Assembly: GCA_965197475.1 (NCBI GenBank)
Contig: CBDANF010000002.1
Location: 352,001 to 416,000, forward strand
DNA from: Candidatus Poribacteria bacterium
GTDB taxonomy: Bacteria; Poribacteria; WGA-4E; WGA-3G
Reading direction: 5' to 3'
Length of the DNA: 64,000 bases
Shown here: positions 10,104 to 18,898 of the stretch, one piece after another
Layout of the letters: each line of letters begins with the position of its first letter
Position numbering within the stretch: the first letter of the stretch is position 1
Position numbers and translations under genes: made by a program
The notes under the pieces: generated by a model
Seen by the model: the letters and a program-made list of their open reading frames with translations, nothing else
Database searches by the model: none
Told to the model about the DNA's origin: nothing

Positions 10104-12239
10104 CTATTGCGCCCAATGATAGACATGTGTGCCCGAATCACTGGTGCAGGGTCCGCTGTTGCATCGTGTGAAGGTTTGCCCGCAGCCAGCACGTCTACAA
10201 GTGAAAGTTGTTGTGTGATCGTAGGACGCGCCAGTAATGCATGTCCAGTAATGCCCTCCACAATTACCACAATCTATGCGATGATCAAAACGTGTACTTA
10301 GCTGAACATCACACTCCTGCCGAGCACACGAAACTGTGGTAGGCGGATACTCGTGTGTATGTGTCTGACACGCATAGAAGTTAGTCACCGTACAACTATC
10401 GCCATTCGCATTCGTTTCGGAACAACTCGCTTGCAGCGAATGGGAACTGGATTGACAAACATAGATCGTATGTCCACACCCCCAAGTTTCTGATCTATGG
10501 TCGTAGTCCGAGGATGAACCTAGCCAATAGGTATGTCCACAAGGGCCGATGGCAGGAGCACTGGTGTCTGTAGTACCAGTGTCGTCACTTGCCTCTGTGT
10601 CACTGCTATCACTACTCGGCGCAGCTGGACAGATACACCACCGATGCCCACACAATCCATTAGTACTGGAATCCGTAGCGGATCCACACGTGCCGGTGTC
10701 TGTGCAATAGTCATTGGCAGCATTGTAATCGCATCCATGCTCAAGACTGATGCCGGTGTTCGTGCTGATGATGGTGTTACCACTGCTACCGTTTCCATTG
10801 CTACCAGCAACCGCAGGAGCAGGATCAACACCAGGTGGTGTAACTTGAGATGGATCTACTGGTTGCGCAGCTCCGTTTTCTGTATGTGCATCGTAATACG
10901 GATCGTGCGGATTTCCAAAAACAGTGCTGGTTGATGTACGATCTCGATATCTATCCATGTAACAGTAGGTGTCTGATCCATCTGGACAGGTAGTCGTTGG
11001 ACAGTGGTTCAATCTAACACAGTGCGCAACCTCGTGTGCTATCACGTTTTTGATAGCATTATCAATATCACCTTGAGGGCTACCATTATGATGGTCACTA
11101 ATATTGTTGGTATAGATAGTCACAATGGAATCGTGAGAAGGTATTGAGGGAGAAGGGGTTGCGCGCCCAAATACGGGCTTATCCTCCGCCACACCCTGGT
11201 CATTTACTACTTCGGTCGTTTCTCGGTGAGCATCTGCTCTGACAAAAATCGCGTAAACTCTTTTGTGTCCAGGTATTCCTTCGTTGTTGTAATTCACCCA
11301 TTTTGTGGTATCCTCATCAATTGACTCGTTAGGGTTGTTTATATAGGATTGTTCGACGAGGTTGACTTCCAATGGCATTTCATCAGCGTATCCCGCTTTA
11401 TGCTCACTAATATTCCCGCTCCATGTCACGAAAATATCCTTTTTCCTGGGACTGGTGTATTGCCATCTGCTACGCGAGTATTTATAAAGCTTAAAACCTC
11501 TATATTCCGCAAAGATAGAGAGTCCATCGCCATCATTAGTATTAGCGTCTCCGGGACCGGTTTCTACATCTAACTCGACATCTTCTTTTTCAGCAGCGGT
11601 TAAATTGACATCTGGCTTGTCTTCCCATATATCCGCGATTTTGTTTTTGTTATCGTCGCGTGGGATACGCACGGTGTTACTGTCTTTAGACTTGTAGTCT
11701 CCAGCACCGCCGTAGTCATACAAAGTTGCCGTAATTTTGCCAAACGCACCATAATCTTTACAAGACACTTTGACAGATATTGAAGAATCGTTTCGCCCGA
11801 GTGTACGGCTAAGAGTACCATCGTATTGCTTATAACCATTAATGACACTTTTATTCTTATACCATTCACTATTATGTGAGTCAGTTCGTTCTAAAACAAG
11901 GTCATCGTTTTCAAGATGGCTTGGCAATGTAGAGTATTCTGAATCGCTGTCATTCCCACAGATACCTTTCCATTCAGTGACCTCCGAGAGGAACACTTTG
12001 ACATACGGCAGCTTTTTCGAATTTGGATCTGTTGGAAAATCTACATTTTGGAGAGTTATTGTCACGTTAGCATAGGTTTTTTCTTTTTCTTCGTCTGTGG
12101 AACAGTCGGAAATTGCACGTGGGTGCCAGTTGATATCAAGAGGTTGGATTGTGATTGTAGAAGCTTCTATAGGAGTGCCGATGCTAAAGATGCACAACAG
12201 ACAGAAGCCGCTTGCTAAAAGTAGTCTAAAAAATTTCAT
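10104..12239 (-). CDS. Secreted putative zinc metallopeptidase (metzincin-like) with a Cys/His-rich C-terminus
   Basis: Signal peptide; HEVAHCVRLNH (HExxHxxxxxH) followed by CYM (possible Met-turn); DGDGLS..AEYRGF; C-terminal C/H repeats. Confidence 0.7.
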   Translation of the reverse strand: MKFFRLLLASGFCLLCIFSIGTPIEASTITIQPLDINWHPRAISDCSTDEEKEKTYANVTITLQNVDFPTDPNSKKLPYVKVFLSEVTEWKGICGNDSDSEYSTLPSHLENDDLVLERTDSHNSEWYKNKSVINGYKQYDGTLSRTLGRNDSSISVKVSCKDYGAFGKITATLYDYGGAGDYKSKDSNTVRIPRDDNKNKIADIWEDKPDVNLTAAEKEDVELDVETGPGDANTNDGDGLSIFAEYRGFKLYKYSRSRWQYTSPRKKDIFVTWSGNISEHKAGYADEMPLEVNLVEQSYINNPNESIDEDTTKWVNYNNEGIPGHKRVYAIFVRADAHRETTEVVNDQGVAEDKPVFGRATPSPSIPSHDSIVTIYTNNISDHHNGSPQGDIDNAIKNVIAHEVAHCVRLNHCPTTTCPDGSDTYCYMDRYRDRTSTSTVFGNPHDPYYDAHTENGAAQPVDPSQVTPPGVDPAPAVAGSNGNGSSGNTIISTNTGISLEHGCDYNAANDYCTDTGTCGSATDSSTNGLCGHRWCICPAAPSSDSSDTEASDDTGTTDTSAPAIGPCGHTYWLGSSSDYDHRSETWGCGHTIYVCQSSSHSLQASCSETNANGDSCTVTNFYACQTHTHEYPPTTVSCARQECDVQLSTRFDHRIDCGNCGGHYWTCITGASYDHTTTFTCRRAGCGQTFTRCNSGPCTSDSGTHVYHWAQ

Positions 12240-12259
12240 TGAATATTCACCTTTTATCT

Positions 12260-13789
12260 TCAGTTTTGTTTTTTGTTCTGGTGCGGCGTGCGTTTCTCTG
12301 CAAGAAGCTGCTGCACCTGCTTTGCAAGATCAGGATCGGCTTTTTGGAGATGCTTGATCCCTTCTGCCGGTCCATAACGTTCCATGGTTTCAAAAGCACG
12401 GACAATCCGATCAGGTTCAAACTGTGCTTGCCCGCCTTTGAGGTGTGCTTCCATCTCTTTCATCAGGAAGTTATTGGTATCCATGGGAGAGTCAGCGTTC
12501 ATGATGGTTTCTGCCCATTGCAGAAAATCATCAAGTTCCTTTTGTGAAAGTTCTGGATGTTTCAGAAAGTCATCATGTGCCTGTTGTGCTGCTTCCGCTG
12601 CAGCGCGTCTTCTCTCAGCATTTTCATCACGCGTGTCGGAAGTAGTGAGGCGTTGGACTTCGCGGGCCGGGTCATCAGGAAGGACTTCATGTGCGTGTGT
12701 GTGTTCCTGTGGCACATGAGGTGCCTCCGTATTTTCCAGTGTGTACGCGTATGTCGGCGCGGGAGTGGATGCTTGCGGAATCGGTTTAAAAACAGGATCA
12801 CCAGCTTCAATCCGCTCAATATGGTATCTCATAAACACTGCCAACGGATCATTTTTATGATGCAGCGGACCTGCAAGTGCCCTTTTGTAGTATGTCCAGG
12901 CGGTTTTCACATCCCCTAACTTTTCATAAGCTTGCCCTAACCACGCATCCGCGGGATGACCGGAACCTGGCCCCGCAATACTGGCCGCAACACTGTTATG
13001 TTTTTTTAAATATGGGATGGCTTCCGCTGGCTTGTCATTATTCACCAAAATAACCCCTAATCCAGATAAGGCACCTTGAAAATCTGGATCAATCTTCAGG
13101 AGCACTTGATACGCAGCCACTTTTTCGGCAAGGAATTCCTCGCTCGATGGTATTATCTCTCGCGCGATATAATAGCGCGCTTCAAATTCAATAGGGGTGT
13201 CGGGGTTTTCAGCGATGACACGTTCCGCATACTCGCGAACTTCGGGTCTACCACTGTCTAATGCTTTCAGGTATCGGTAAGCGCGCACAGTATCCAGACG
13301 TTTTAGCAGGGCACGACTATAGAGACTAACTGACTCAAGGTACTCGGCTGCCTGTTCAGGTGCCATGTCACCGCACAAGATTTCCAGCTGCTTTTCATAA
13401 TACTCCTCTGAATATAGAGTCTCTTCCCGCGGGCCAGCAAACCTGCATTCCCAATGACGTTTTCCTATCACCTTGTCTCTATACTGTTGGCGTAACTGGG
13501 TCAGTTGTTTTGAGACTTCTTCTGTGATACGTTTTCGCCTGGTAGGACTTTGGTGTCCATGTGTGTGTGAGTGAACATGCGTTGCGTGTCCGCTTGTCTT
13601 CCCACGCTTGTTTTGCGAGGTGTGGGGGGTTTGCTCATGTGTTTTCCGTTCCATGTGTTGTCTCCTTTCCGTGTCGGTTTCGGTAGAGTGTGTCCTGTCC
13701 CATCGTCCCCACATCAGTATACCACTGATAAAAAGTAGTCCGCCGATGAGGGTAAAGATAACGGGACGACTTATCAAAATTTCTTTCAT
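12260..13789 (-). CDS. Membrane-anchored TPR protein with His-rich linkers
   Basis: N-terminal TM; ALSGLGVIL...AEAIPYLKK and LGQAYEKLGD..TAWTYYKRAL TPR motifs; GGAGG RBS. Confidence 0.75.
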   Translation of the reverse strand: MKEILISRPVIFTLIGGLLFISGILMWGRWDRTHSTETDTERRQHMERKTHEQTPHTSQNKRGKTSGHATHVHSHTHGHQSPTRRKRITEEVSKQLTQLRQQYRDKVIGKRHWECRFAGPREETLYSEEYYEKQLEILCGDMAPEQAAEYLESVSLYSRALLKRLDTVRAYRYLKALDSGRPEVREYAERVIAENPDTPIEFEARYYIAREIIPSSEEFLAEKVAAYQVLLKIDPDFQGALSGLGVILVNNDKPAEAIPYLKKHNSVAASIAGPGSGHPADAWLGQAYEKLGDVKTAWTYYKRALAGPLHHKNDPLAVFMRYHIERIEAGDPVFKPIPQASTPAPTYAYTLENTEAPHVPQEHTHAHEVLPDDPAREVQRLTTSDTRDENAERRRAAAEAAQQAHDDFLKHPELSQKELDDFLQWAETIMNADSPMDTNNFLMKEMEAHLKGGQAQFEPDRIVRAFETMERYGPAEGIKHLQKADPDLAKQVQQLLAEKRTPHQNKKQN

Positions 13790-13892
13790 TAGGAGTCCTC
13801 CTTAACGATTGCTACAGTTTCTATAGTAGAATCCACAGCAACCGAGTTGCAAACTATGTCTGTAAAATCGGTCAAACGCTAAAGATGCCAAC

Positions 13893-14213
13893 TCAACGTG
13901 TCAATGCGTCCCTACCTTGCGTTTCTGTGTCCAGCGAGCAGCGCGGTATGGTTGATTTTGGACAAGGCGTTTCCTGTTTTTCCAATATGATACTGTCAGA
14001 TCCGGGTTGTTCTGTGCAGTCAGGTTTATCCATCTGTGTTGCGCGTGTCATTTTAATAGCACCGGACAGAATAACCCCGCTAATCAAAATGAGAACGACT
14101 GCAGTGATGAGTCTCCGCCTGTTTTTCCGGTATGCAGCCATGGCTGCCACGTCAACTTTTGTAGTTAATAACTTCGTTTTCACAATTGTATATCCTCCAT
14201 TAAAATATGTCAA
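13893..14213 (-). CDS. Small single-TM hypothetical protein
   Basis: Hydrophobic LITAVVLILISGVILSG; co-oriented with the downstream cassette; start may be the GTG after GGAGG. Confidence 0.5.
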   Translation of the reverse strand: MTYFNGGYTIVKTKLLTTKVDVAAMAAYRKNRRRLITAVVLILISGVILSGAIKMTRATQMDKPDCTEQPGSDSIILEKQETPCPKSTIPRCSLDTETQGRDALTR

Positions 14214-14343
14214 GCCAAATTAACGTACAGCAAATGCAGCAACAAAAGCCCGCGACGAGACACTCCGTATGAAACAGAGCGCGTGCGTGCGCGAAAAATC
14301 GCAGCTGCTAACATCTGCGATAAGATCTTGTGAAGTAATAAAA

Positions 14344-14490
14344 TTAACGAACGTGAAGTGGAGGGGGGGGTATTAACTTATAGTTAAAATTCGCCAACCG
14401 ACGCATGCCGCGTAGGCAAATCCTGCTCAGGTGGCGGATGTCCAGCGCGGTCACTTTCTGGATTGTGGTATTCATATCTCGGTTTTTCAT
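14344..14490 (-). CDS. 48-aa leader-like ORF containing a C8 tract (PPPP)
   Basis: AAGGGG RBS, then MKNRDMNTTIQKVTALDIRHLSRICLRGMRRLANFNYKLIPPPPLHVR*; below the ORF-track size cutoff. Confidence 0.35.
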   Translation of the reverse strand: MKNRDMNTTIQKVTALDIRHLSRICLRGMRRLANFNYKLIPPPPLHVR

Positions 14491-14717
14491 TGTTAAATCC
14501 CCTTATGCAAAATATGGTTAATGGCAGTGTAACTTTCTCTCCCTATAAATCTCTTTACACAGCATAATTTCCATATTTGTGGCATTTAACGAGGAGATTA
14601 AATATTAGGTTGCAGAAATTGTAATTTTTTTCTAAATATCTGCAAAATTTCATGTGTTTTTACCATTTTCCCTGAATTTACTCGTAGATACGGATTTACC
14701 AATTTTCTTTTTATAGA

Positions 14718-14837
14718 CAGAGCCATTCAATTCTCAAGTAGTTGCTACTTCTGCTAACGGTCTTTCCTCTGCAGGAGCGATCTTCGAATCGCGATTTTAC
14801 GGAAAAACGTGTAAAAATCGACAATTGAATGGCTCTG
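14718..14837. mobile_element. MITE family B, copy 2 (120 bp, intact ends)
   Basis: Perfect 15-bp inverted repeats cagagccattcaatt / aattgaatggctctg. Confidence 0.85.
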
Positions 14838-14854
14838 AATTTATGCCTGCAAAA

Positions 14855-14883
14855 TTGCAAAACACAAATACATGTGGTATAAT
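14855..14883 (+). promoter_or_regulatory. Sigma70-type promoter with extended -10
   Basis: TTGCAA-17 bp-TATAAT with TG immediately upstream of the -10. Confidence 0.6.
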
Positions 14884-14889
14884 AATGTT

Positions 14890-15258
14890 ATGAAAGATTA
14901 TATACTGCTATTTTTTAACGTTCTGTTGACTGTAACCGGACAAATTTTGCTTAAAAAAGGAGTCAGTACGGTCGGGCGGATTGGTAACTTTCGGGAACTA
15001 TTCCCGAAACTAACGCAAGTTATTCTGAATCCGTATGTTGTTGGGGGAATTTCGATCTACGGCTTCACAACTTTCGTTTGGTTAGTCATCCTCTCGCGTG
15101 TTAAGCTCAGTATTGCGTACCCAATGTTGAGCTTAGGATATGTCCTGACGATCCCGTTTTCATGGTGGATTTTCAAAGAATCTATCCCTAAAGTTCGTAT
15201 CATCGGTGCTATCATAATCTGTATCGGTGTTTATCTTGTCGCACAAGGAGAAGCTTAA
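14890..15258 (+). CDS. EamA/SMR-like 4-TM transporter (ArnE/F-like)
   Basis: GQILLKKG...LSRVKLSIAYP...FKESI...IIGAIIICIGV. Confidence 0.85.
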   Translation: MKDYILLFFNVLLTVTGQILLKKGVSTVGRIGNFRELFPKLTQVILNPYVVGGISIYGFTTFVWLVILSRVKLSIAYPMLSLGYVLTIPFSWWIFKESIPKVRIIGAIIICIGVYLVAQGEA

Positions 15259-15261
15259 TTT

Positions 15262-15738
15262 ATGCGAGAATCTGTTTCCAATCTCCGCTCAGATTCTGAT
15301 ATTTCAGCACACAGACAGCTCCCGTCCACTCCTCCTAGATCTTACACTGCGATGGTATTGTCGGCAATTCTGCCTGGACTTGGGCAGATTTACCTAAACC
15401 AATTCGTAAAAGGTTTTATAGTTTTTATCGTATTTACTTCGGCAATTGGTATCTTCTATATCAACTCATATCCGGTGAGGGGATGGAGTGATTTATTACG
15501 TTTTAAACCCACCACACAAGCTGGAACTTCTACTGATGACAACGTATCTTCTGAAACAGATACCGACAGTTCCATTGCACTCTGGACACTTGATGATGGG
15601 AAAACGTTGATGTTTCGCCCCACTTGGATACTAAAAATTACTTCCTCTATCCAAGCACTAATATGTTGGATCTATGCAGTTTATGGTGGATGGTGCGGCA
15701 GACGTGAATTCAGCGAACATCAATTCGAAATAGATTAA
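15262..15738 (+). CDS. Hypothetical membrane protein
   Basis: LSAILPGLGQIY motif with TM segments. Confidence 0.7.
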   Translation: MRESVSNLRSDSDISAHRQLPSTPPRSYTAMVLSAILPGLGQIYLNQFVKGFIVFIVFTSAIGIFYINSYPVRGWSDLLRFKPTTQAGTSTDDNVSSETDTDSSIALWTLDDGKTLMFRPTWILKITSSIQALICWIYAVYGGWCGRREFSEHQFEID

Positions 15739-15839
15739 AACGCAATCCTCTTAGTTTATCCGGATATCTTTGAGGACATAACTTGCAAATCTCGGATATT
15801 AAACTGAAAGCGGGTCTACAAAAGATAGATTGGCTCAAT

Positions 15840-17198
15840 ATGTTTAAAGTAAATCAAAAAACAAATCTGAATTCTACCTTTTTTATTAAGTGTACTATGT
15901 TCTTGGCACTGCTAATGCTGGGATGCCAAAATAATTCCCTAAAAAAGATCGAAGGACTTTTGTATGCTGGGATGCCACAAGAAGCTGCTGAAAAACTGGA
16001 GGTTTTTATTGAAACGGAACCCAACAATCCCCAAGCACGGATGTTGCTCGGAAAAGCATATAACGAATTGGGACGTTCTAATGATGCGGTTGTGCAGTTT
16101 CAAAAAGCATCTCTACTCTATGCCGCGCAACCGGAAAAACGCATGGATGCACGGCTTGAATTAGCGCGCACCTATCTCATATTCGGTGATAGAAATTCTG
16201 CTTTTCATATACTCAACATCGTTCAAAAAGGCACTTCAGACTCCAAAGTCTTGCAAAAGATTATTGAACTTTCAGGAGATAGTTATACAACAAAACAACT
16301 TACAAATGGTGCCTCAGACAATTATTCGCCTGCCTTTTCACCAGATGGAACACAAATCGCTTTCACATCTTTTCGCGTTGATAATAGCGAAATCTATTTG
16401 ATGGATTTGAATGGAAGGATACAACGCAGAGTAACTTACACTACAGACTTCAACGACAACTCGCCTGCATACCTAAAGACTCCCAATTATATTTTTTATA
16501 GCAGTGAGCCAAAATCGTCACGAGAAGTTCAAGTTGTCATTCAGAGTAGCGGTTCAACCCCGATTTATGCGGGGTTCAATCTTACACATATCCACAGCAA
16601 AATAACCCATATCGTTCTTCCCATCAGTTTTGGTGCACGTGTGCCGCGTTCCTCCCCATTCAACAACCAAATAGTTTACGAATCAAATACTGATGGAAAC
16701 TTAGAACTATATCTCCTTGATTTAAAAGAACTTGACCTTGCACATATCACGCCTCAGGACATTAACCCTAAACGTATTACTAACAATGAAATTGATGATG
16801 GAAGCCCCGCATTCTTTCCAGATGGAAAACGCATTGTGTTTGTCTCCTCAAGGGATGACGTGCATCAACTCTATACCATAGACATTGATGGGAAAAATGA
16901 AAAACATATCAATCCAAACCGCTACGACTGCTACAATCCGACTGTCTCACCCGATGGAAAAACAATTGCGTATATGTCCGCGAGGGATGCAGATTGGGAA
17001 ATATATCTCGTTGACGTTGATGGGAAAAATGAGCGACAGATTACAAATGGCATAGGAAGATCTATTCAACCTGCCTTCTCGCCTGGTGGACGCTACATCA
17101 CATTTGTTTCCGATAGAAGTGATACCTTCCATATCTATCTGATGGACCTTGAAAACCCTGTTACCCGTGAGGATTTAATAAAACGTTTGCAGCAGTAG
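15840..17198 (+). CDS. TPR + PD40 (TolB-like) propeller lipoprotein
   Basis: Lipobox-like MLGC; TPR segment; repeated PAFSPDG..IAF.S.R.....IYLMD. Confidence 0.85.
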   Translation: MFKVNQKTNLNSTFFIKCTMFLALLMLGCQNNSLKKIEGLLYAGMPQEAAEKLEVFIETEPNNPQARMLLGKAYNELGRSNDAVVQFQKASLLYAAQPEKRMDARLELARTYLIFGDRNSAFHILNIVQKGTSDSKVLQKIIELSGDSYTTKQLTNGASDNYSPAFSPDGTQIAFTSFRVDNSEIYLMDLNGRIQRRVTYTTDFNDNSPAYLKTPNYIFYSSEPKSSREVQVVIQSSGSTPIYAGFNLTHIHSKITHIVLPISFGARVPRSSPFNNQIVYESNTDGNLELYLLDLKELDLAHITPQDINPKRITNNEIDDGSPAFFPDGKRIVFVSSRDDVHQLYTIDIDGKNEKHINPNRYDCYNPTVSPDGKTIAYMSARDADWEIYLVDVDGKNERQITNGIGRSIQPAFSPGGRYITFVSDRSDTFHIYLMDLENPVTREDLIKRLQQ

Positions 17199-17249
17199 AT
17201 ATAATGCCTAATTCGATATTTCAATAGAAGATACCGTTGGAGATAAAAC

Positions 17250-18209
17250 ATGTTTCGGGTAATCAAACCAGAAGGATTCGGTAATATCCAACTTGAAGAG
17301 GTGCCGATTCCAGAGGTAAACGCAAACCAGATTCGCGTAAAGACAGATACAACCTTAATCAGCCGCGGTTCTGAACTATTTAGGCGATATATCCTTGAAG
17401 AAGCGGTTTCTCCTGCCATCATGGGGTATTCTCTTACTGGTACTGTGGATGCTGTTGGCAATCAGGTTACAGATTATCATGTTGGTGAACGAGTAATGGT
17501 CGTAGCACCGCACGCCGAATACGTCGCCGCTGAACCTAACCCAACTGATGGTCGCACCGTCTCACTTCCGAAAGATGTCAGTTTTGAAGTGGGTACTTTT
17601 CTTCCGCTTGCGACAAGTTCTGTCGCTTGGGTGGACTCATCTGGTGTAAAAGCTGGGGATACCGTAGTTATTTTGGGGCAGGGTTTGGTTGGCAGTTTGA
17701 TGATGCAGGTTTTGCGAGGGTATTCACCCGAACGGATTATCACTATAGACGCGTTGCCGTTTCGCTGTGAACTTTCTGTTCAACTTGGTGCAGAAGTGTC
17801 AATAAACGCTGAAAAAGAGGACCCCGTCCAAGCTGTTCGCCGCCTTACCGATGGAAAAGGTGCTGACTTGGTAATAGATTGTGTCGGTGGGCATGCGGGT
17901 GTTAAATCGTTCGAACAAGCCCAAGATATGGTGCGGCAATTCGGTATTATTCAACTCATTGCGCTCTATCAACAAAAACCACTTCCTTTGCATTCCTCAA
18001 AAATGATGAATAAACGGCTCGTGGCGGGTATCCTAACAGACGAACCTCGTGCTAAAATTGCTACACGTGCTGTGCAAAAGATACAGAACGGTGATATCCG
18101 TGCATCTGAAATGGTTACGCACCGTTTTCACTATACAGAAGCAAAAGCAGCATTTGATCTACTGTGGAATTCACCAGCGGATACACTCGGTGTCCTTATT
18201 AAGTGGTAA
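17250..18209 (+). CDS. MDR / zinc-binding alcohol dehydrogenase-like oxidoreductase
   Basis: ISRGSE, GYSLTG, GQGLVG Rossmann motif, GADLVIDCVG. Confidence 0.88.
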   Translation: MFRVIKPEGFGNIQLEEVPIPEVNANQIRVKTDTTLISRGSELFRRYILEEAVSPAIMGYSLTGTVDAVGNQVTDYHVGERVMVVAPHAEYVAAEPNPTDGRTVSLPKDVSFEVGTFLPLATSSVAWVDSSGVKAGDTVVILGQGLVGSLMMQVLRGYSPERIITIDALPFRCELSVQLGAEVSINAEKEDPVQAVRRLTDGKGADLVIDCVGGHAGVKSFEQAQDMVRQFGIIQLIALYQQKPLPLHSSKMMNKRLVAGILTDEPRAKIATRAVQKIQNGDIRASEMVTHRFHYTEAKAAFDLLWNSPADTLGVLIKW

Positions 18210-18228
18210 AGGACGAATCTTCTAAAGT

Positions 18229-18801
18229 ATGACATCAGAAACACAATCAGAAATCACCTTTCACACAAAATTGCGCGGATTCGACCTAACTTTTTCCACG
18301 ACGTGGGGACTTTTTTCACCAAAAGCGATAGATGCTGGAACACAAATGTTGATTGAGTGGTTGGAAATTGAGCAAGACGACACATGCCTTGACCTCGGAT
18401 GCGGGTACGGTGTCATCGGGATAACTATGGCAAAATGCACACAAACTGCAAACGTCTACATGGTGGACAAAGATTTTGTCGCGGTAGACTATGCTCGTAA
18501 AAACGTGGAACAGAATCATCTCAGCAATTGTCATGTTCTCTTAAGCAACGGTTTTAGCCATCTTCCAGACATTCAATTTGATGTTATTGCTTCTAATTTA
18601 CCCGCAAATGCCGGTAAGGAACTTTTACAGATTTTTTTGACTGGCGCAAGACAACATCTCAAACATAATGGTAGACTCTATGTTGTTACAATTTCTGGGC
18701 TTAAAGAGTTTATCAAACGCAATTTCCTGAAAGCTTTTGGAAACTATCGGAAGGTTAAACAAAAGAACACGCATACGGTTGCTATGGCAACTGTATCTTA
18801 A
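18229..18801 (+). CDS. Class I SAM methyltransferase (RsmC/MTS-like)
   Basis: GLFSPKAIDAGT, LDLGCGYGVIG. Confidence 0.88.
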   Translation: MTSETQSEITFHTKLRGFDLTFSTTWGLFSPKAIDAGTQMLIEWLEIEQDDTCLDLGCGYGVIGITMAKCTQTANVYMVDKDFVAVDYARKNVEQNHLSNCHVLLSNGFSHLPDIQFDVIASNLPANAGKELLQIFLTGARQHLKHNGRLYVVTISGLKEFIKRNFLKAFGNYRKVKQKNTHTVAMATVS

Positions 18802-18898
18802 ATTTTTCATCTGAAAATATATGGACATTTGTTATAAGCGCGCGCTCAATTTACTCACACAACTATAGTATAAACTTACTAAAAAGAGGAAATAACTC

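Noticed and set aside
10104-10745. Multiheme cytochrome c
   Set aside because: The Cys/His units do not form CxxCH motifs
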